From the IMG/VR virus record IMGVR_UViG_3300006919_000039: 60,169 bases of DNA. One strand, written 5' to 3'. Position 1 is the first letter of the stretch; the number at the start of each line of letters is the position of its first letter. The stretch comes from an uncultured virus (IMG/VR IMGVR_UViG_3300006919_000039). Its lineage: Duplodnaviria; Heunggongvirae; Uroviricota; Caudoviricetes. Made by a program: the position numbers and the translations under genes. This document shows positions 40,216 through 47,469 of this stretch, in pieces. The notes beneath the pieces were generated by a model. The model saw only the letters and a list, made by a program, of their open reading frames with translations, was not told where the DNA came from and made no database searches.

Positions 40216-41981
40216 TGTTAAAAATTAAAAACGTATCAGCAAAGAATTTTATGAGTGTTGGCAACAACACACAGGCAGTCAATTTTGACAACTGTCAACT
40301 TACTCTTGTGCTAGGACATAACCTGGATATGGGAGGAGATGGTAGCAGGAATGGTACAGGTAAAACTACTATAATAAATGCTCTCAGTTATGCTCTTTAT
40401 GGAGATGCCTTAACAAATATTCGCAAAGACAACCTAATAAACAAAACAAACGGTAAAGGCATGATTGTTACTGTGGAGTTTGAAATTAAAGGAAAACAAT
40501 ACAGAATAGAACGTGGCAGACGTCCTAATATACTTAAATTTTCTATAGATGGCCAAGATGCATTAGATAATGAACAACAAGGCGACAGCAGAGAAACACA
40601 GAAAGAAATAGAAAAAATTATTGGTTTTCCTCATAATATGTTTAAGCATCTGATTGCACTAAACACTTATACCGAGCCTTTCCTGAGCATGAAAAACAAT
40701 GATCAAAGGGACATGATAGAGCAATTACTGGGTATAACTGAGTTATCACGTAAAGCAGAAGTGTTAAAAGAAAGACAAAAAAACACTAAAGAATCAATTA
40801 AAGAGGAAGAAATACGCATAAATGCTGTGGAAGAAAGCAATAAACGTATAGAAAAAAATATCAAAGAGATAGAAAGTCGCAGTAAGGCTTGGGAAGCCAA
40901 TAAAAATACCAAAATACAAGAACTTGGCAATGCTATTGTAAAACTAGAAACTATTAATATTGATGATGAATTAGACAATCACAAAATAAAATCTACCCTC
41001 AAAGATCAACTTCAACTGAAATCCACCACAGAATCTGAATTAAGCAGAACATCGGTTTCACTAAAGAGAAGTATGGAAAAAATTGATGAACTTAAAAGCA
41101 ATTTAGAAAGTGCCAAAGAGGGTGTTTGTCCTGCTTGTGGGCAAGATACAGCACATCTGGAAACACACGAAGATTATACAGAAGAATTAAAAGACAAAAT
41201 AGACACTGAGCAAACATACTATGATGAACTGTATACCAGAGTGCAAGAACTGGAAGGTAAATTATCTGAGTTTGGTGAATTACCGCAAGAACCAGATACT
41301 GCTTATAGCAATCTGGCAGATGCTTTACAACACAAACACAATCTGGAATCCATGATGTCCCAACTGGAAGAAAAGGCTCAGGAAGATAATCCTTATATTG
41401 AACAAATTGAAGGTTTACAAACTACAGGTATTCAGGAAATCAGTTTTGAGACCATGAATGAGCTCACATATCTGCAAGAGCATCAGGACTTTTTATACAA
41501 ATTGCTCACAAGCAAAGACAGTTTTATCAGAAAGAAAATTATTGATCAAAACATAGCCTATTTAAATCACAGACTAGCATATTATCTGGAAAAATTAGGC
41601 TTACCACATGATGTTAAATTTAGCAGTGATCTAAGTGTAGAGATTACAGAGTATGGCAGAGATTTAGACTTTGATAATTTGAGTAGAGGTGAACGTAACA
41701 GACTTATACTTGGTTTAAGTTGGGCATTCAGAGACATGTATGAAAGTTTAAACAGGCCCATGAACTTGCTCTGCATTGATGAACTTGTGGATTCCGGAAT
41801 GGATACCATGGGTGTGGAAAATGCTTTGGCGATACTGAAAAAAATGCATCGTGAACAAGGTAAAAACATCATGCTGATATCACACAAAGAGGAATTAGTT
41901 GGTCGTGTAAACAACGTATTAACAGTTGTTAAAGAAGGAGGCTTTACGGCTTATAACACAGACACAGACTATGTCAACTGA
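40215..41981 (+). CDS. gp46: Recombination ATPase subunit (Rad50/SbcC-like)
   Basis: KNFMSVG, Walker A NGTGKTT, coiled coil with CPACG zinc hook, signature LSRGE, Walker B LLCIDE, ISH; GTG start. Confidence 0.95.
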   Translation: MLKIKNVSAKNFMSVGNNTQAVNFDNCQLTLVLGHNLDMGGDGSRNGTGKTTIINALSYALYGDALTNIRKDNLINKTNGKGMIVTVEFEIKGKQYRIERGRRPNILKFSIDGQDALDNEQQGDSRETQKEIEKIIGFPHNMFKHLIALNTYTEPFLSMKNNDQRDMIEQLLGITELSRKAEVLKERQKNTKESIKEEEIRINAVEESNKRIEKNIKEIESRSKAWEANKNTKIQELGNAIVKLETINIDDELDNHKIKSTLKDQLQLKSTTESELSRTSVSLKRSMEKIDELKSNLESAKEGVCPACGQDTAHLETHEDYTEELKDKIDTEQTYYDELYTRVQELEGKLSEFGELPQEPDTAYSNLADALQHKHNLESMMSQLEEKAQEDNPYIEQIEGLQTTGIQEISFETMNELTYLQEHQDFLYKLLTSKDSFIRKKIIDQNIAYLNHRLAYYLEKLGLPHDVKFSSDLSVEITEYGRDLDFDNLSRGERNRLILGLSWAFRDMYESLNRPMNLLCIDELVDSGMDTMGVENALAILKKMHREQGKNIMLISHKEELVGRVNNVLTVVKEGGFTAYNTDTDYVN

Positions 41982-42562
41982 TGATTTTAATTCTTACCAC
42001 TCCCAGAACAGGTAGTACCTGGTACTGTGAATATCTAGCAAAACAGCATTCGCTGGAAAATCTGGATGAGTATTTTGGCAAATATGAATATAATTTATTA
42101 GATCAAAATCAAAAGTTAGAATATCTGACAGACAATCCGGATGTAGTGTTTAAATGTTTTCCCTGGCACATTAAAAATATCCGTAATAATTTTATCAGAG
42201 CAGGATTTTTAGAACACAATTTATTTAAACTGGCTGATGAAATCCATATTTTGACCCGCAACGATTTTCACAGTCAAATTAAAAGTTTTTATATAGCACA
42301 GGAAACTGGTGTCTGGGATGGTTCACCACAAAAGCCGGAAACACTAACACTTGACCAGAATAAATTTGACTATTGGACATGGCATCTGAAAGATGGTTAT
42401 ATGCATTTGTCAGAATACTTTAAAAAGTTTGAGTGTAAATTAATAGATTTTTCTGAATTACCTTTTCATACCGATACTAACGAAAAGTATATAAGACCTA
42501 TTAAATGGTCTAGCGAACCAATTATTCAAGATTTTAATATTACTGAATTGTTTAAAACTTAA
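41981..42562 (+). CDS. Sulfotransferase-like protein (Stf0-like)
   Basis: PAPS-binding loop TTPRTGST near the N-terminus; LTRNDFHSQIKSFYIAQETGVW resembles the 3'-phosphate-binding segment. Confidence 0.7.
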   Translation: MILILTTPRTGSTWYCEYLAKQHSLENLDEYFGKYEYNLLDQNQKLEYLTDNPDVVFKCFPWHIKNIRNNFIRAGFLEHNLFKLADEIHILTRNDFHSQIKSFYIAQETGVWDGSPQKPETLTLDQNKFDYWTWHLKDGYMHLSEYFKKFECKLIDFSELPFHTDTNEKYIRPIKWSSEPIIQDFNITELFKT

Positions 42563-42563
42563 C

Positions 42564-43056
42564 AGACACTTCGTGTCTTTACAAACTACATTCAATCGTT
42601 TCGTTTCACTCAACTCTTTCATTTGTTTGTAATTTTTTTAAAAGCCGTTATCATGTAAGTTGGAGTCATAATTCACCTGTTACAGGTGAACAATGATGTC
42701 ATCATGTGAAGTCTTCATCATCTCAATCTCGGGTGCTGTTAAGAAGCGGTGGGCCTTTACTCCTCATACACTACCGTCACTGGTGTCCCACGGAAACCTG
42801 TATAACCTAGATGAGTTTAGTTATACTGATTCTCAGGTTGCTTATTCTCAGAGCCTGAATCGTTTAATACTGTTTGTCGTGTTTGTATCTCATTTGCCGC
42901 TATACATCTCCAGTATCTCGCACCGGGTGTTGCCATTGCCGGATTGTCAAGGAGCCAGATTTAATTTGCCTCTGTTGGGGCCGGTGTATAGTCCTATGTA
43001 ATGCCTGTGTTTGTGCCTTGATGTGAATTGTGTTCTAACTTTCGTCTTAACACACC
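42564..43056 (-). ncRNA. Candidate large structured non-coding RNA (~500 nt), family unassigned
   Basis: By far the longest intergenic gap in the window, visibly GC-richer than its flanks, with many helices: 42564-42578, 42579-42586/42625-42632, 42672-42690, 42800-42806/42820-42826, 42900-42906/42985-42991, and a GAAA-tetraloop hairpin at 43030-43053. Strand inferred from GNRA loops, G-U pairs and the upstream operon. Confidence 0.65.
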
Positions 43057-43059
43057 TAC

Positions 43060-43482
43060 TTAGTAGTCTTTTAAGGTCTCTTTAAGGATTTTAGAACCAC
43101 CAACCCTTACGTTGATAATTCCATTATAATAATCATCTGTTTCAAGTACTCGCCTTTCGAATTGCTCTCTGGCTTCCAAGTAACTTGCAACTCCTCTTGT
43201 AGGACAAAAATATAATATTTCTCTACGGAAATTTTCTTCTCCTAATTCTATTACATCGTTGTTTAAATGATCGCTACTCCCCCAATAAGTACGCCAGTCG
43301 CTTTCTTTTGTGCCACGTCTTTTATTTTTTCTGCCTTTTAATGGAGGTTTGGTTGTTTTGAATTTTGCTAATTTTTTTCCAACATATTTCATGTCGTTTG
43401 TAAGGTTTGTAATTAAATATACAAACGCCTCACAATCATCTGGAAGTTCTGATATTTCTTTGTCTTTATAATACCAACTCAT
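43060..43482 (-). CDS. Compact GIY-YIG family nuclease
   Basis: FVYLITN...KYVGKK (GIY-YIG strands), YWGSS, FRREIL, conserved Glu in LEAREQF, and YYN; 140 aa with no C-terminal DNA-binding module. Confidence 0.8.
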   Translation of the reverse strand: MSWYYKDKEISELPDDCEAFVYLITNLTNDMKYVGKKLAKFKTTKPPLKGRKNKRRGTKESDWRTYWGSSDHLNNDVIELGEENFRREILYFCPTRGVASYLEAREQFERRVLETDDYYNGIINVRVGGSKILKETLKDY

Positions 43483-43679
43483 TACATATCTTCTGATACT
43501 GGTTTACCTGCTTTTGCTTTAAAATAATTATTGATAGTTTTTGCTACTAATTGCCTTTGAGGTAAACTCATAGTCCAAACGTCTGCAAAACTCAGACTAC
43601 CTTGTGCATAGATAACCATTTCGGTTACTTCTTTGTTAATGGCATCTGAATCTTCATTGAGCTTCCTAAGGTATGCCAC
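43482..43679 (-). CDS. gp51-like / tail chaperone C-terminal extension, probably made via -1 frameshift
   Basis: LSFADVWTMSLPQRQLV resembles gp51/gpT-type domains. Its frame is open back through the slippery site of the upstream gene; the GGAGG is only 2 nt from the GTG. Confidence 0.7.
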   Translation of the reverse strand: MAYLRKLNEDSDAINKEVTEMVIYAQGSLSFADVWTMSLPQRQLVAKTINNYFKAKAGKPVSEDM

Positions 43680-43702
43680 TACCTCCTCAGGCTCTGCACG
43701 AG

Positions 43703-44584
43703 CTAGGAAGCCGTGAAAAAATTTACTGTATTAAAGTTTACAATACTTTCAAATGTAAACTCTTCTCCTTCTGGTAATTTTTCACTACAGGGCTCACATG
43801 TCATTTGCATTGTTTTTTGCACACCTTTATTACCCATTTCTGTAATAAATTTTTCCAACTCTTTTCCAATACTTGCATCACAGTTTTCTAAAAATTCTTT
43901 TATGTGTGCATATTCAGTAACAACAATAGCCTCGCTTTCTTTGGTTGCTGGTATAATAATAGAACTTATGGAATCAACAAGTATATCAAAATTAAGATTT
44001 GCAAGTTCTATAAAATTACTATTAAAAGCTCTTAACTTTTCTACCTCATCTGAGATTTCTGCAATGCTCTGCAAACTTCTTTCACTTCTAAAATTTGCCA
44101 CACCGGCTTTTACAGAAGTTTCATAACTAAAAGGTCTCATAGTAATTAAAAGACCATTTTCTGTGCTGAATTCATATTTACTGTCTATAGGTTCCATATT
44201 TGAAAGAACAACTTCAACACTGATAATAGCACTTGCTTGTTCTCCACACTGAGTACATGATGCATTAACATCTAACTCGTCTCCAAAAGTTGCACCTTGG
44301 ATAGCAACTAAAAGTGCATCTACATCATTAGCAATTAATTTTCTGGGTTGCTTGACATTGGGTACACAACTTTGAATAACTTGTGCAACTGCTTCTCCAT
44401 TTAACAATGCATCAGGATTTTTCATCATGATTTCATCTTTTGCAGTCATTGGATATATAGGTAGTTCATTGGTTGAAGGCATATCTATAATGCTTTCGTC
44501 ATAAAATACTCCGTTTGAAGGTAAACTAGAATATATTTTTGGTGTCCTAAAGTGACCTACTAGAGGGTTATTTGTATTGGACAT
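43703..44584 (-). CDS. Baseplate hub assembly / tail assembly chaperone, T4 gp26-like
   Basis: LPSNG.FY...IYPMTAKDEIMMKNPDALLNG...SCVP...DVDALLVAI..ATFG, two CxxC pairs and a terminal NFF; AGGAG SD; divergent from the tape measure gene. Confidence 0.8.
   Translation of the reverse strand: MSNTNNPLVGHFRTPKIYSSLPSNGVFYDESIIDMPSTNELPIYPMTAKDEIMMKNPDALLNGEAVAQVIQSCVPNVKQPRKLIANDVDALLVAIQGATFGDELDVNASCTQCGEQASAIISVEVVLSNMEPIDSKYEFSTENGLLITMRPFSYETSVKAGVANFRSERSLQSIAEISDEVEKLRAFNSNFIELANLNFDILVDSISSIIIPATKESEAIVVTEYAHIKEFLENCDASIGKELEKFITEMGNKGVQKTMQMTCEPCSEKLPEGEEFTFESIVNFNTVNFFTAS
43715..43724 (-). other. Programmed -1 ribosomal frameshift site (A AAU UUU UUC)
   Basis: Two overlapping in-phase X XXY YYZ heptamers, with a downstream stem GCUUCCUA/UAGGAAGC; the -1 frame runs directly into 43482..43679. 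Confidence 0.8.
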
Positions 44585-44608
44585 ATTAAAACTCCTGTTA
44601 ATTAAAAT

Positions 44609-44648
44609 GATAAATATGTTATAAGTGATTTATCAGATAATATTTATC
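44609..44648. promoter_or_regulatory. Face-to-face late promoters: GATAAATA (+, 44609-44616) and GATAAATA (-, 44641-44648)
   Basis: Exact motifs in the gap between the divergent chaperone and tape measure genes. Confidence 0.7.
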
Positions 44649-44680
44649 ACCATAAAATACGCACTTAATGGAGAAACCGG

Positions 44681-47383
44681 TTGGCTGACAAAGATAAAAG
44701 AATAGAATTTGAACTTCCTGAGGACGGTAGTGGAAGAGGTTCAGTTTTTATACCACCTCTGGCAATGGATAGCACTCTGCAGGATCTATTAAAAAACAAT
44801 CAGGCATTAAAAACAAACCTAGACAAATATCTTGTAGCAGTTGCTAAAAAAATGGACGATGGTGACTTATCTGATGCAGTTAAAGACTTAATATCAACTA
44901 TTGAAGACAGCAAGGATACAACTGAGACCAAAACCAAAGAGGTAAATGAAGAATTAGAAACTTTTGGAGAGGCAACAAAAGGTGCAACAGAAAAACTGGG
45001 CCAATCCCAAGAAAACCTAGATGATTTAAACAAACGTATAGCACAAGAAAAAAATGCATTAGGCAGAATGACAGCTCAGTTTAGTAAAGACATGATCTTT
45101 ACACTAAATGCATTTGACTTTGTGTTTAAATCGTTAGTGTCATTTGGTACTATTACTGGTGGCTATCTTGTAGCCAGTGTTGGTAACACAGGAGAGGCTC
45201 TAAAAAGTTTAACAGACGTAGGTCAGGCATTTGGTGATACAACTGGAAAAAGTAATCAAACAACTCTGCAAACTATTCAGGCATTTACCAGAATGGGTAT
45301 AACAGTTGATCAGGCCACAACTACATTGTCAACTTTTAGTAGAACAGCATCAGTATTAGGACAAAAAGGTCTTACTGATTTAAACAAACAGTTTTTAGAA
45401 TTAACAAATTACGGGCAAGATCTTGGTGTAACATTGGATGATGCTACTCAATTGTTCCAGGAAGATCTGGATTTTAGAGCCAGGACATTAACTCGTAACC
45501 AATTTAATGAAGCCAGAAATGCAGACCTGTCTTTTAGATCTATTCAAAATTTAAGGTTATTCTCTACAGCATTGGGTATTAGTACGGATGAACTAAGACA
45601 GAGTTCAAGAAATCTGCTTGAAGGCAATGCAGGTATTACTAGTTTGATCAGAAATTTTGGCGCCAGAGGATCAGAAGTTCAAGCGGCAATTGAAAATTTA
45701 GTTGGCGGCCTACAAGCGGCAGAAGTAGATGATAATTTTATACAGGGAATTTTAGAAGTAGCAACTGTAGGCGCCTCTGGTGCTAGTAATTTCTTAAATC
45801 AACTAGGCACCATAGACAGTGGATTAAGAGAAGAATTTGTTAATATTGCTATGAGGTTAAGAGACGGGGCATTTTCTCTAGATGAGGTTCCGTCTATATT
45901 AAACGATATATTAAGCGAGTTCAGTACATCTGATCCAGCCAAATTTTTAAGTTTATTAGCCAGTGATGTAGGTGGAGATTTACAAAACATGGCACAGGCT
46001 TATATTAATTCATCACAAAGTGCCATTAATGCTCAGCAAAACATACAACAACAAATGCAAACTTTGGGATTAGATACCAAGGACAGATATGATGATGTTC
46101 AAAAGGCATTAACTGGTGTTCAAAATATAATTAAAAAATTGTCAGCAACAGCAGGAACACTTCAGTTAGGTATCGTAACAGGACTTTCTAAATCATTTAC
46201 TGACTTTTTTAAGAATCAGGGTCAAGTAAACAACCTTCTTGAAAGATTTGGTGGAGTTATACAAAAAATAGGAATGGATATTGGTAATACATTAGGTGAA
46301 TTTCTAGAAAAACTCGGTGGCGGCAATTTTGAAGAAGGACTGACTAAAGTTATTGACAGCATTGCTACGTTTGGAAAAAACTTTAACACATATTTAGAAA
46401 ATATACTAAACGGATTTTTAGACAAAGATAATCAATTACAAATTGGAAAGGGCATTATAAATTATGCGGCCGATACTATTGCCTTTGTGGGAGTCCAAGC
46501 TCTAAAAATTATAGGGATAGCACTGGCAAAAGGTTTAGGTATGTTGTTTTCGGAATCTACTGGTGTTTTAGCCATTTCCATAATAGGATTATTTGCCGCT
46601 AAGGCAGTAGTAAGTGCATTAATAACCAGTGCGTCAGGAATGATACTGTCTTTCTTTGGCCGAATGATCCCTACAGCGTCTATGGCCTTAAGTGCTGGAA
46701 TGACCACCTGGTGGACAGGGTTTTCAACCTGGATGACTACGTCATGGGCCGGCCTTATGGCAAGGCTGGGCATGATGACTACTGGTGCAGGAGGAGTACC
46801 ATTTGTGGGTCCTCCAAGTCCTGGAGCACCAAAAGGTGCCAGTAAATTTCTTAATCCTACAAATTTAGTTAGAGGCGGTGCAGTATTGTCAGGTGTTATG
46901 GTTGCCAAAGATGGTTATGATGTAGTTGCTGGTACAGACGGTGGAGCAACAGGCAGTAACATTGGCGGACTAGTTGGTGGAGGCCTCGGAGCATTAGGAT
47001 TTTTCTTAGGACCATTAGGTGGTGCTATAGGTATGGCCGCAGGTAATGTGATTGGTAGTGCAATAGGTGGCATGTTTGATAAACCTAATAAATCCAAAGT
47101 TGACACTCCTTCAGCAGATGTAACTGCAATGGAGAATGAAGATGGCAGTATATCTTACGTTAGTGGTGGAACCATAAACAATTCCTCAAACAGAATAACT
47201 TACAAGGCATTAGATGCCATAACTGACAGAGCTGGTAGAAATGAAAATGGTGACTTTATTGTTGGTGACCAACCTTTAATTAACAGAATGTCAGACGAAT
47301 CAAAAATCCTCACAGGTGTTTTAGGCGAACTAAAACATCACAGAACTATACTAAATGAAATGAAAGGTAAAATCATTAATTAG
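44681..47383 (+). CDS. Tail tape measure protein
   Basis: 900 aa, helical and rich in A/L/Q/S, with hydrophobic and glycine-zipper segments (GGLVGGGLGALG...) near the C-terminus; TTG start after GGAGA; next to the frameshifting chaperone. Confidence 0.7.
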   Translation: MADKDKRIEFELPEDGSGRGSVFIPPLAMDSTLQDLLKNNQALKTNLDKYLVAVAKKMDDGDLSDAVKDLISTIEDSKDTTETKTKEVNEELETFGEATKGATEKLGQSQENLDDLNKRIAQEKNALGRMTAQFSKDMIFTLNAFDFVFKSLVSFGTITGGYLVASVGNTGEALKSLTDVGQAFGDTTGKSNQTTLQTIQAFTRMGITVDQATTTLSTFSRTASVLGQKGLTDLNKQFLELTNYGQDLGVTLDDATQLFQEDLDFRARTLTRNQFNEARNADLSFRSIQNLRLFSTALGISTDELRQSSRNLLEGNAGITSLIRNFGARGSEVQAAIENLVGGLQAAEVDDNFIQGILEVATVGASGASNFLNQLGTIDSGLREEFVNIAMRLRDGAFSLDEVPSILNDILSEFSTSDPAKFLSLLASDVGGDLQNMAQAYINSSQSAINAQQNIQQQMQTLGLDTKDRYDDVQKALTGVQNIIKKLSATAGTLQLGIVTGLSKSFTDFFKNQGQVNNLLERFGGVIQKIGMDIGNTLGEFLEKLGGGNFEEGLTKVIDSIATFGKNFNTYLENILNGFLDKDNQLQIGKGIINYAADTIAFVGVQALKIIGIALAKGLGMLFSESTGVLAISIIGLFAAKAVVSALITSASGMILSFFGRMIPTASMALSAGMTTWWTGFSTWMTTSWAGLMARLGMMTTGAGGVPFVGPPSPGAPKGASKFLNPTNLVRGGAVLSGVMVAKDGYDVVAGTDGGATGSNIGGLVGGGLGALGFFLGPLGGAIGMAAGNVIGSAIGGMFDKPNKSKVDTPSADVTAMENEDGSISYVSGGTINNSSNRITYKALDAITDRAGRNENGDFIVGDQPLINRMSDESKILTGVLGELKHHRTILNEMKGKIIN

Positions 47384-47419
47384 TATTCATATTATTTTTC
47401 ATCATAATATTTTTACAAC

Positions 47420-47448
47420 TTGACATTTTGGGATAAATAGTGTAATAT
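47420..47448 (+). promoter_or_regulatory. Late promoter GATAAATA (47432-47439) nested in a sigma70-like promoter
   Basis: TTGACA (47420-47425), 17 nt, TAATAT (47443-47448); upstream of the portal gene. Confidence 0.55.
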
Positions 47449-47469
47449 AATACAACATTAGGACTATAT

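Noticed and set aside
42693..43001. 102-aa plus-strand ORF in the long intergenic region
   Set aside because: No SD, atypical composition for this genome, and it lies over the paired helices; most likely a chance ORF in GC-richer sequence.
42564..43059. Group I intron, RNase P, tmRNA or TIGR/CRISPR identity for the structured region
   Set aside because: GTATAGTCC (42986-42994) resembles the group I S element, but no matching GACTA lies upstream on that strand and no gene is interrupted. RNase P and tmRNA terminal signatures are absent. There is no regular repeat-spacer periodicity and no Cas or Nop-domain gene.
38332..47383. Impression of more CTG leucine codons in gp46, the sulfotransferase and the tape measure gene than in the capsid genes
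   Set aside because: Not quantified and explainable by expression-level codon bias; needs a per-gene codon count.
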